A stretch of 64,000 nucleotides of DNA from an uncultured Lentisphaeria bacterium (GTDB lineage Bacteria > Fidelibacterota > UBA8477 > JABMPR01), in assembly GCA_964578155.1 (NCBI GenBank), contig CAZOBQ010000002.1:54872-118871 (forward strand), read 5' to 3'. Positions within the stretch are counted from its first letter, which is position 1, and each line of letters starts with the position of its first letter. The notes below the pieces were generated by a model. That model was not told the DNA's origin. It saw only the letters and a program-made list of their open reading frames with translations, and made no database searches. Shown here piece by piece: positions 26,942-35,728 of this stretch. The translations under genes and the position numbers were made by a program.

Positions 26942-29900
26942 ATGCCTTTCAATTCTAAATCGCACACCCCTTTGATTCTGGCTATCGTGTGGATCACTCT
27001 AGGTTTGTCATCAGCCTGGGCCGCTAGAGGTGAGAAGTTGGAGCTGATCAAAGCTGACAAGATCAGCGCCTTTACCCGAGGTGGTCAAGCCTATCGACGA
27101 CTGGTGGGAGATGTAAAACTCAGACGAGGGGATGCTATCCTTACTTGTGACCTGGCTGAGTTCATGGTGGACAAAGATGAAGCCCGACTTACGGGTCAAG
27201 TTACTATAACTACCAAAGAATCAAGGCTTAGCGGGAAAGTAGCCCATTATTATGGTGATCGGGAATATGTCGAATTGCTGGGAGATGCCCGCTTTGAAGA
27301 TGACCCCTATTTTGTGACAGCCGAAAAGCTGGCTTACTATATCGATCAGAAAAGGGTGCTGGCGACGGATAATCCAGCTCTAGTTGATAGTGGATCCACC
27401 CTCACGGCCGACACAATCTATTATTATGAGGACACCCAATTAGGTGATGCCAGGGGACAGGCGCTCATGCTTAATACATCTGATAGCCTCAGCGTCTTTG
27501 GCGATCAGCTATTATACTTTTCGGGAAAAGACTCTTTACTGAGCTATGGTGATGCCAAGTTCAAAAAATGGTCCAGTAAGGATACAAGCCTACAAATTGA
27601 CTCTGACAGTCTTAGTCTCGAAGATGGTTTCTTTTTCGCCTGGTCCGATGTAGAGCTACGCAATGGAGAAGCTCGAGGTACCTGCGGACAGGCAGTCTAT
27701 ATGCAGGACGATGAAGTTGCTGTCATGAGAGACAATCCCATTCTGAGAGAAGACGATTTTATCCTTACTGGTGATCTGTTCAATTTACACATGGAGAACG
27801 GTGGACTCTCTTCTGTCTATGTCCCGGAAAACCCACACTTTACCCAAGAGAAACGAATGGGGGATACCAGCTACACGGATTGGTTGGATGGAAAAGTGAT
27901 GGCTGTAGAATTTGAAAATGATCAACCACGTACCGTAACCCTGATAGAAATGGCGACTTCCTTTTTTAATGTTATCGAGGAAGATGAGTTTAAGGGCTCT
28001 AACAATGTGAGTGGTGATACCCTGGTGATTCTGCTCTCTGATTCCAGTATCTCAGATATTCGGGTGACTGGAGGAGCTCAGGGCAAGTTCAAACCTGCGG
28101 AAGGCAGTGCAGATATAGATTCACCCATTAATTATCAGGCTGAGATCATTGAATACAGCATGGCGAATGAAACCAGTTTATTGAGGCATAATTCACAAAT
28201 TAAATACGGCAACATGTCCATGTCAGCAGGACAAGTTGGTGTTTATTGGCGTAAGAATTTACTCCGAGCGCGCAGTCTCATCGACACACTGGGAGCAAGT
28301 GATTATCCTGTCTTAAGACAGACCGGCCAGGAAGATTTCCATGGTGAGACCATGATCTATGACCTTCAGACCCAGCGAGGAAAAGTTGCTGCCGGCCGAA
28401 CCAAGATGGAAGATGCAAACTATTTCGGGGAAGAGGTAACTCGGGTCAATAAAGATGTCTACCTCATGGAAGATGGTTATTACACGACCTGTGAGCTGGA
28501 AGAACATCCTCATTTCTATTTCTACAGCAAGCAGATGAAGCTCATTACAGACAAGCTTATCATTGCTAAACCCGTGGTTTTATATATTGCTGACATCCCA
28601 CTCCTAGCCCTACCCTACGCTATTTTCCCTCAGCAAAAAGGAAGATCATCTGGGTTTATCATGCCTTCCTATGATTATCGCCCGAGTAATGGAGGACGAG
28701 CCATCAAAGGTCTCGGGTATTATTGGGCCATGAGCGACTATTCCGATTTTAAAATGACGGGAGATTTCTGGGATGAACGCGAAGAGTTCAAGCTCAACAG
28801 TGTTTTACGCTACAAAAAGCGCTATCGCTATAACGGAGGGATCAAAGCCCAGATGGCTTCCAATCGAAGTACTCTCAATACGCCAGCAGTTTGGAGTTGG
28901 CAGGTCTCTTTCAATCATAGCCAGACCATTGATCCCAGTTTAAGCATTCGAGCGGACGGTAGAATCTCAGGTGATGCTAGCTTTGACAGAACGTATAGCC
29001 ACGAGCAGAGCGATCGCTTGAATACAAAATTACACTCCGGAATTTCTGTAAATAAAAAGTTCAGCTCCATTAGCAGTAGCCTTTCATTGAATGGTACATA
29101 CGATGAAAATTTACAGGTTACTCGTAGGGTGGAGGAGTCACCGGAATCCGCCGATATCAAGCTCTCTGGACCGACTTTAGCTCTGCCATCGTTGAGATTC
29201 AACCGATCATCTTCAGCACTGATTCCAGCGAAAGGGAATGAGCTACGCTGGTATAACAGTTTCCGCTGGGGCTATAACAACACCTTTAGCAACAAGCGTA
29301 GATGGAGTTACTTATCCTACGAAAACCCAGACACACTAAGTGGTGACAGTCTTTTATGGGATGAAGATGTTGTCGATACAAGAACCTGGAATCATAACAC
29401 TAGTATTTCGGGCGATACACAGATTATGAAGGTATTGAAACTTGTGGGGTCCATCAGTTACCGGGATGCTTGGGGATTTAGATACCTTGACCCGGTACTC
29501 ACTGACGATGAATCGGTTATTATCGATAGCGCCTCAGGAGCGATTCGAACTCAGGAGGTAGATGGGTTTATCAGGCGAGGTACTTTTAGTACCAGTGCCA
29601 GCTTGAACACAAAACTTTACGGTATGATTCCTGTGAGACTTGGCCCGCTTCGTGCCATTCGCCATACGCTGACACCCAAAGTCTCTGTTAGTTATACACC
29701 AGACTTTTCAACAGATTTCTGGGGATATACGGAAACGTTAACAGACGGCACAGGTGAAACACACACATTTGACCGCTTTGCAGGAAGTGATCTGGGTGCC
29801 ACGCCATCCAGTGAGGCCTTGAGATTGAACTATAGCCTGAATAACGTCTTTGACTATAAACTGTTTAACGGGGATGTGGAGACCAAAGCTCAATTCTTTA

Positions 29901-30562
29901 CCTGGACCTTTAATGGATCCTACAATTTTAAAGCAGACTCGCTGAAGGCATCTGATATCAGCAATAGTTTTAAGCTTAACTTTGGCAAAACCTTCCGGTT
30001 GAGCCCCCGTGCGACATTTGAAATTTACGAGCGTGACTCAACGGGAACTAAAAAAATTAATGTATATAGATCACCACGTATGACCCGCGCAGGCTTCAGT
30101 TTCGGATTTAGACTTCAGGGAGATAGTCCCGGTGGGTTGAGATCAATGGTAGAAAAGAGTGCAGCAGAAGACACTACGAAAAGTGATCTTGATGATGATG
30201 AGTTTATTCCCTCCGAGAAACCTAAGAGGGGTGGCCCTGCCTGGTCAGCAAACTTTAATTTTTCTTATTCCTTCAGTCACCAGAATCCTCTGGAATTAGC
30301 TAAACAGACATTTAATCTAAACACCACTTTAAAATTCAATCTTTCTGAAAACTGGGGTTTGACCTATAGTCCAAGATTTAACCTAATTGACAGAAAATTA
30401 GTGAGTGGGTCGGTTGGTGTGACTCGAGATCTACATTGCTGGAAATTAAATTTAAGCTGGACCCCGATGGGTCGATGGGGTGGACTAAATCTTACCATAA
30501 GACCTAAAGCACAACAGCTTCAAGATCTCAAACTCGAACACACGGCGAACAGACGATATTGA
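26942..30562 (+). CDS. lptD: Large LptD/OstA-family LPS-assembly outer-membrane protein
   Basis: 1206 aa with a signal peptide. It has repeated OstA-like N-terminal segments, the motif GRSSGFIMPSYDYRPSNGGRAIKGLGYYWAMSDYSD, and a long beta-rich C-terminus. Confidence 0.7.
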   Translation: MPFNSKSHTPLILAIVWITLGLSSAWAARGEKLELIKADKISAFTRGGQAYRRLVGDVKLRRGDAILTCDLAEFMVDKDEARLTGQVTITTKESRLSGKVAHYYGDREYVELLGDARFEDDPYFVTAEKLAYYIDQKRVLATDNPALVDSGSTLTADTIYYYEDTQLGDARGQALMLNTSDSLSVFGDQLLYFSGKDSLLSYGDAKFKKWSSKDTSLQIDSDSLSLEDGFFFAWSDVELRNGEARGTCGQAVYMQDDEVAVMRDNPILREDDFILTGDLFNLHMENGGLSSVYVPENPHFTQEKRMGDTSYTDWLDGKVMAVEFENDQPRTVTLIEMATSFFNVIEEDEFKGSNNVSGDTLVILLSDSSISDIRVTGGAQGKFKPAEGSADIDSPINYQAEIIEYSMANETSLLRHNSQIKYGNMSMSAGQVGVYWRKNLLRARSLIDTLGASDYPVLRQTGQEDFHGETMIYDLQTQRGKVAAGRTKMEDANYFGEEVTRVNKDVYLMEDGYYTTCELEEHPHFYFYSKQMKLITDKLIIAKPVVLYIADIPLLALPYAIFPQQKGRSSGFIMPSYDYRPSNGGRAIKGLGYYWAMSDYSDFKMTGDFWDEREEFKLNSVLRYKKRYRYNGGIKAQMASNRSTLNTPAVWSWQVSFNHSQTIDPSLSIRADGRISGDASFDRTYSHEQSDRLNTKLHSGISVNKKFSSISSSLSLNGTYDENLQVTRRVEESPESADIKLSGPTLALPSLRFNRSSSALIPAKGNELRWYNSFRWGYNNTFSNKRRWSYLSYENPDTLSGDSLLWDEDVVDTRTWNHNTSISGDTQIMKVLKLVGSISYRDAWGFRYLDPVLTDDESVIIDSASGAIRTQEVDGFIRRGTFSTSASLNTKLYGMIPVRLGPLRAIRHTLTPKVSVSYTPDFSTDFWGYTETLTDGTGETHTFDRFAGSDLGATPSSEALRLNYSLNNVFDYKLFNGDVETKAQFFTWTFNGSYNFKADSLKASDISNSFKLNFGKTFRLSPRATFEIYERDSTGTKKINVYRSPRMTRAGFSFGFRLQGDSPGGLRSMVEKSAAEDTTKSDLDDDEFIPSEKPKRGGPAWSANFNFSYSFSHQNPLELAKQTFNLNTTLKFNLSENWGLTYSPRFNLIDRKLVSGSVGVTRDLHCWKLNLSWTPMGRWGGLNLTIRPKAQQLQDLKLEHTANRRY

Positions 30563-30690
30563 TAATTTACAGTTAGATAAGTATACAAATCTCAGAATTA
30601 AAGCATTTATCCAGCAATAAGAATAGACGTAGACTTTTTTGGGTTCATGGTTACTTTTAGTACAAGCTGTTCAAAACCATAAGTTCGGAG

Positions 30691-31326
30691 ATGCTGTTGT
30701 CCCAAGTAACGGAGTTGAAATCTTATCCTCTAGTCTCACACAACTTGGCTATTCTCAGGAATAGAGATACCAACAGTCATGAATTTAGAGAAGCAGCTAA
30801 ACGCCTGAGCACTATGGTTTTAGTCGCAGCAACTGAGTCCTTAAGCACACTTGAGCAATCTGTAGAAACACCCTTGAAAAAAACAAATGAGCAGGTTTTG
30901 GCTGAAGAGATCTGGTTTATTCCAATTTTTCGTGCTGGCCTCGCTATGCTTGATGTTGGCCTGACCCTAATACCCGAGGCACATACAGGTTTTATAGGTC
31001 TTTTCCGCGACGAAAAAACATTATTGCCCCAACATTATTATAAAAACCTTCCCGACTTTTCGAAATCAGCAAACCATTGTTTTATCATGGATCCCATGCT
31101 GGCTACTGGCGGGAGCTCTGTCGCTGCCATTGATCTCTTGCAGAGTCATGGAGCTTCACAAATCAGTCTATTGACATTAATCTCGGCCCCTGAAGGAATA
31201 AAAGAAGTCTTTGCAAAACATCCGAATATTTCCATTTTTACAGCCTCTGTTGATGAACGTTTAGATGAAATTGGATATATTGTTCCTGGCCTTGGGGATG
31301 CCGGTGATAGATATTTTGGTACCTGA
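30691..31326 (+). CDS. upp: Uracil phosphoribosyltransferase
   Basis: DPMLATGGS and YIVPGLGDAGDRYFGT. Confidence 0.9.
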   Translation: MLLSQVTELKSYPLVSHNLAILRNRDTNSHEFREAAKRLSTMVLVAATESLSTLEQSVETPLKKTNEQVLAEEIWFIPIFRAGLAMLDVGLTLIPEAHTGFIGLFRDEKTLLPQHYYKNLPDFSKSANHCFIMDPMLATGGSSVAAIDLLQSHGASQISLLTLISAPEGIKEVFAKHPNISIFTASVDERLDEIGYIVPGLGDAGDRYFGT

Positions 31327-31351
31327 GCCTTAGGTTCAGCCCAAAAACAGC

Positions 31352-31387
31352 GGAGGGAAGGACAGTCCGGGCGGACGCCTTCCCTCC
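31352..31387 (-). terminator. Rho-independent terminator of the motA-motB-fliF-like-fliG-like operon
   Basis: 10-bp GC-rich stem ggagggaagg/ccttccctcc with a 16-nt loop. On the minus strand it is followed by gctgttttt. It lies between convergent upp and the fliG-like gene. Confidence 0.65.
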
Positions 31388-31433
31388 CATCTCGCTAGTG
31401 CAGGACAGCGGAGATATCTTTGTCAGTAATTAA

Positions 31434-32363
31434 CTACTCGATATAGTCGGCCTCAGCAAACTCTTCGATACTGAATTCATTATTTGGGTCAGCGTCCATT
31501 TGGAGTATAAACTCAACAACTTTCTTTTGCGCTGCCTCTACCTGCTTACGAGAAACGGGTCCATCTTTCGGTTCATACATAGCCTGCTTTTTCTGGGGCA
31601 GACTCTCGAGAACACGATCGGTTAACTCCTGCTCCTGTCCTTTAAGGGCGAGAGCGACATCATCCAGATCCAGACTATTAAAAACGTCTCGGAGTAAACC
31701 ATCCGAAAGCATGGAAACATTATCAAAAGTGAAGTGATGCTTCTTCACCTCTTTTGCCAGTTCGGGATCCTCTTCGCCTAGATAGTCCAGAAACTGCCTC
31801 TGTTCCTTAGCGTCCATAGTTGCCAGAAGACCAGCCATGGCTTTACCGCCACCTTCTTGATATTCTGCATGGGATGGAATTTGCTTTGCTTTTTCTCTAT
31901 ATTCGGAAGCGACCTCCAGGACAGCCTGAAGCGGAACATCTTTGATCTTACCTAGATCAATCATAGCCTCAGTCCGAATCTCTGTTGGCAATCTCTGAAG
32001 TAATTTACCCTGCATTTCCAAAGGAAGTTGGGCCAATAAAATGGAGATCGATCTTGTAGGTTCAGATCTTATAAGATAAGCAAGTTGAACCTCAGACATG
32101 CCTTCAAGAAAGGCGAATGGTTGTGAGGTGGCTTCTTTGGATTCATCTGAAAATTTCTTAGACATAAAGGAAAAATAAAATTCCTCCAGAATCGATTTTT
32201 TTGAGTCAAAGGAAACATTCTGAACCTGAGGAATACGCTGACGAACAGCAACGATCTCTTCATTGCTTAGATTGGGGAAAAGCTGTCCCGCCAATCGAGC
32301 GCCTAATATGTCAAAGAGGACGGCGGCCTTATCAATTCCGGCCAATTTTTTTTGATCAGCCAT
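31434..32363 (-). CDS. fliG: FliG-like rotor/switch protein (divergent)
   Basis: 309 aa. The N-terminus GIDKAAVLFDILG...LSNEEIVAV is FliG_N-like. The middle region ...ILLAQLPLEMQGKLLQRLPTEIR is FliG_M-like. A GGG linker leads to HFTFDNV (the MFxF position), then ALALKG...LESLPQKK...GPVSRKQVEAAQKKVV, which is FliG_C-like. It has a 1-nt overlap with the upstream gene. Confidence 0.7.
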   Translation of the reverse strand: MADQKKLAGIDKAAVLFDILGARLAGQLFPNLSNEEIVAVRQRIPQVQNVSFDSKKSILEEFYFSFMSKKFSDESKEATSQPFAFLEGMSEVQLAYLIRSEPTRSISILLAQLPLEMQGKLLQRLPTEIRTEAMIDLGKIKDVPLQAVLEVASEYREKAKQIPSHAEYQEGGGKAMAGLLATMDAKEQRQFLDYLGEEDPELAKEVKKHHFTFDNVSMLSDGLLRDVFNSLDLDDVALALKGQEQELTDRVLESLPQKKQAMYEPKDGPVSRKQVEAAQKKVVEFILQMDADPNNEFSIEEFAEADYIE

Positions 32364-34225
32364 TATTTCTTCCCCTTCTTTTTGTTTTTACCATTTGACT
32401 CTTCTTCCTCGGCTTCTTCTTCAACTTCTTCAGCTTCACCAGTATCCTGAAGCCATTCTTTCACAATGTTTGAGGCAGACCCTGGTTTGCTTACTGCAAG
32501 TGAAACTACGGATTTCTTAATACTATCAACTTCACCAATTAATTCATGATCAATCTCAGCTTCTTCTTCAACAGCCACAGGCTCAGATGTTGTCTCGGGA
32601 ACAGGTTCAGAAAAGCCATCACCATCACTTGGAATACCTGCTAACTCTGGACCACGGCGACGACCACCCATCATAGCTCCTAGTAGAATTGCCAGCGCAA
32701 CCAACACTGCAGCACCAATGAGCATGAGAGGAAAGAGATTACCATCATCTTCAGGTATTACAGAAGCCTGGAGTCTTTGACTTTCCAGTTCATCCATCTG
32801 TTGCTTAAGCTTGTCTTCTCTATCACGGATTGCAGACTTTTCTGCTTCTCTTCGTTTTTGCTCGAGCTCCAGTTTGAGTCTCTGTTCCTCTTCCAGGTCT
32901 ACAGCAGACAACTGGTTTTTCAAGTCATCTAACTGCTCTGTTAGGAGAGTCAAGCGAAGAGAGTCTTCACGTAAACGTTCTTTCGCTTGCTGCTGCTGAG
33001 CATCAAACATTTGCTGGCGTTCTTCAGTCAGCCGTTCTTGTTCTTGTTGACGTAGATCAGTTAATTCTTGTTCCCGCTGACGGATACGATCTTCTTCTCG
33101 CTGGCGAATAGAGGCAAGTTCTTCCTCGTGGGCTTTTTGCTTTTCTAGTTCTTGCTCTCGCAAGCGAGCCATCTCTGCATCCTGAGTTTCTTTGTTAACT
33201 TGCTCCTGACGCATGCGTTCTTGCTCGCCTTCAAGTTCTTTAATCCGCTGGTTTTCAGTTTCTTCCTTCTGGCGAGCTTCGATGGCTGTCATTTTTTCAG
33301 CAATCGATTTTAGCAGAATCTGTTCAGTGTCCGGCTTGACATCTTTTGCTCCCTGAAAATCAGCAGTCATAACTTGTAATTTATCACCCCGTTCTCTATT
33401 GAAGTGGGAGGCAACCATAGTGATGGTTCGAATGTTTTCAATTATTTTTGGAGAAATTGGATCTTCTAAGATAACCGTCAGTTCCATTTTCTTTACGCGT
33501 AAGGATGGGCCAGTACTGCTGGCGACAGTATGTCTTGCTAAGCTTGGAGATTCTGCTTCAGCATATTCAATGAGTGCCTGGCTCTTATTAGCGTTAGTCT
33601 CAGACTCTAAAGCTTCTTCGGTGATAACTTCATTTTCATCCAAGGAAAGAATAGCTTCAGCTGCAACGGAGGTATCAATTTCGCCATCCATTGGAGCAAC
33701 ACGGTCAAGCTCTTCAGCGGCTGCGTAGATCACATCATTGCTTGACTCTTCCTCTGCAAGCACCTCTTCTTCATACATTTCGAATCCCGGTGATTGTATT
33801 CCAGGAAAACCGGGGATGTCAGAAGGCATGCTGGATTTAATAGGTCGTTTCTTGAGGACAGTCTTTGTCTTTCTATTTCCAGTACTTATGCCGGTAGGTG
33901 AGCTTGATCCAGTCATGCTTGCTTGCGGTGAATATATATTATCCCCAAGCTCTTGCTGGGCCTGTGCGCCAGGTGTTTCATAGATTGTAGTGTATTTCTG
34001 GGCTGGCGTTGCTTCCATAATGACATTAACATTTACGATAAAGTTTTCATGACGTAGAATGCGATAGACAGCATCACTTACACGCTGATTTATCGTATTT
34101 TCCAACAGAATTTTCTGCGAGATTAATTCTCTATTCGTGTCGGGAAGGGCAAACACCTGTGATATTAGCATCAGGGAGGTAATTACGGTTCCTGTCATGA
34201 TGTGTTTTAATGTTGGATACTTCAT
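32363..34225 (-). CDS. FliF-like (MS-ring-like) bitopic membrane protein with a long charged helical insertion
   Basis: N-terminal hydrophobic segment. VKKMELTVILEDP...IENIRTITMVASHFNRERGDKLQVMTADF resembles the end of the FliF periplasmic ring domain. About 185 aa of E/R/K/Q-rich helix follow, then a TM segment (LFPLMLIGAAVLVALAILLGAMMGG). The acidic tail with SLAVSKPGSASNIVKEWLQD resembles the FliG-binding C-terminus of FliF. I prefer ATG 34225, which has GAGGAG 6 nt upstream, over the listed GTG 34258. Confidence 0.45.
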   Translation of the reverse strand: MKYPTLKHIMTGTVITSLMLISQVFALPDTNRELISQKILLENTINQRVSDAVYRILRHENFIVNVNVIMEATPAQKYTTIYETPGAQAQQELGDNIYSPQASMTGSSSPTGISTGNRKTKTVLKKRPIKSSMPSDIPGFPGIQSPGFEMYEEEVLAEEESSNDVIYAAAEELDRVAPMDGEIDTSVAAEAILSLDENEVITEEALESETNANKSQALIEYAEAESPSLARHTVASSTGPSLRVKKMELTVILEDPISPKIIENIRTITMVASHFNRERGDKLQVMTADFQGAKDVKPDTEQILLKSIAEKMTAIEARQKEETENQRIKELEGEQERMRQEQVNKETQDAEMARLREQELEKQKAHEEELASIRQREEDRIRQREQELTDLRQQEQERLTEERQQMFDAQQQQAKERLREDSLRLTLLTEQLDDLKNQLSAVDLEEEQRLKLELEQKRREAEKSAIRDREDKLKQQMDELESQRLQASVIPEDDGNLFPLMLIGAAVLVALAILLGAMMGGRRRGPELAGIPSDGDGFSEPVPETTSEPVAVEEEAEIDHELIGEVDSIKKSVVSLAVSKPGSASNIVKEWLQDTGEAEEVEEEAEEEESNGKNKKKGKK

Positions 34226-34257
34226 AAGCTTCTCCTCGACTCCAGCGATGGTTTTCA

Positions 34258-34902
34258 CTAACCCATCGTTAGAAATGTTATGTCAACGCGTCTGTTTTTT
34301 GCGCGATTCTCTGCTGTGTCATTCGCAACTTTAGGAACGGTATCTCCAAAGCCAATTGCTCTGAACTTATCAGGCGCAATACCCTGCGATGTCAGGTAAG
34401 TTATTACAGCACTTGCTCGAGAGGCTGATAGCTCCCAGTTTGATGGAAACTGCACAGACCGCATGGGGACATTGTCCGTGTGTCCTTCCACAGCAATAGC
34501 GTAGGTAGCTTTTTCCATTGTGCTAACCAGCTTTACCAAAAATTGTTTGATTGAGTAGGATAAATCTGCGCTACCCACACTGAAGGCCAGATCACTGGCA
34601 ATCTCAAGGGTAACCCCTCGTGCATCCATGCGCACCTTAACCTGTTGATCAAGTTGCTGTTCTTTAACCAGCTTTTTAACCTCTTGATTAATCTGGCTCA
34701 GAGATACTTTTTTTGACTTTTTCCTGGAGCCCTGGTGTTCGCCCATAGACTGACCGAATTGTTCCAGTTTCACGGGGTCAATAGTAGACATAGCGAATAG
34801 CAACACAAAGAAAGTCATGAGTAAGGTCATCATATCAGCGAAAGTGGTAAGCCATCCGCCCTCTTCTGACTGTTTTTCTTTTTTCTTTGGTGCTACAGGC
34901 AT
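34258..34902 (-). CDS. motB: MotB/PomB-type stator protein with an OmpA-like peptidoglycan-binding domain
   Basis: WLTTFADMMTLLMTFFVLLFAMS contains the conserved TM Asp. The C-terminus is VEGHTDNVP...NWELSASRASAV...NRRVDI. Confidence 0.85.
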   Translation of the reverse strand: MPVAPKKKEKQSEEGGWLTTFADMMTLLMTFFVLLFAMSTIDPVKLEQFGQSMGEHQGSRKKSKKVSLSQINQEVKKLVKEQQLDQQVKVRMDARGVTLEIASDLAFSVGSADLSYSIKQFLVKLVSTMEKATYAIAVEGHTDNVPMRSVQFPSNWELSASRASAVITYLTSQGIAPDKFRAIGFGDTVPKVANDTAENRAKNRRVDITFLTMG

Positions 34903-34907
34903 ACTTT

Positions 34908-35711
34908 TTAGTCCTCGTAAACCCTATCGCGTGGTGCCAGATAAGAGTTGAGAAATTCACGCACTAAAATGGGATGCTTTTTAACCTTAAGCATGACAAT
35001 CCCATCAATAATCATATTCTGAGTTATATTTCTTTTATCAATTCGCGAGCGCAGCTTAGCTGCTACAGGAAGAAAGAATAAATTAGCAAACAAAGCCCCA
35101 TAAAAAGTTGTGATCAAGGCAACACCCATAGCTTGTCCAAGTTTCGCAGCAGGATCCGAATCTCCTCCATCCCCAGGACCAGCCCCCATTGCAAACAACA
35201 TGGCAACAAGACCTACTAAGGTTCCAACCATACCAAAAGCAGGAGAGAAGACACCCATGGTTTTGAATACGTTGGCTTCAGCATCTTCCCTCAATTCACG
35301 ATTGACAACCCGGGTTTCCATAATGCTTCGAATGTCTTCTTCAGGAAGTCCATCAACGATCATCTGGACGCCATCCTTTAAGAACCAATCATTAATACCA
35401 CCAACCGCTTTTTCCAGATCCGCGGTTCCTTTACGTGCTACAGTGGCTAACTCTACTAATTCTCGCAAGGTGTCTGCGTCTTCATGGTTTTCACCTTTGA
35501 AGACAGCCCACAAATTTGTATAGAGCGATAATACCTCTTTCACAGGGAATGCCATGGCAGTGGCTGCAATCGTACCACCTAACACGATCATAAGTGATTG
35601 TGCGTCAACAAAAGTCATAACTCCGTTAGGCAGGGCGGAAGAAACTCCAAATACTGCATACCCAATCAAACCTGACCCGAACAATAATCCTATAATGGTT
35701 GCAAAATCCAT
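34908..35711 (-). CDS. motA: MotA/PomA-type stator proton-channel protein (4 TM)
   Basis: MDFATIIGLL..., LMIVLGGTIAA, a cytoplasmic loop of about 100 aa, PAFGMVGTLVGLV, ALITTFYGALFANLFFLPVAAKL, and a C-terminal IIDGIVMLKVKKHPILVREFLNSYL. Confidence 0.85.
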   Translation of the reverse strand: MDFATIIGLLFGSGLIGYAVFGVSSALPNGVMTFVDAQSLMIVLGGTIAATAMAFPVKEVLSLYTNLWAVFKGENHEDADTLRELVELATVARKGTADLEKAVGGINDWFLKDGVQMIVDGLPEEDIRSIMETRVVNRELREDAEANVFKTMGVFSPAFGMVGTLVGLVAMLFAMGAGPGDGGDSDPAAKLGQAMGVALITTFYGALFANLFFLPVAAKLRSRIDKRNITQNMIIDGIVMLKVKKHPILVREFLNSYLAPRDRVYED

Positions 35712-35728
35712 AAGTAAGTCCTTTTATT

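Noticed and set aside
34258-35711. Zorya-type anti-phage system (ZorA/ZorB are MotA/MotB homologs)
   Set aside because: The MotA homolog is of normal length, without the long ZorA C-terminal tail. No ZorC/ZorD-like (helicase or nuclease) genes follow.
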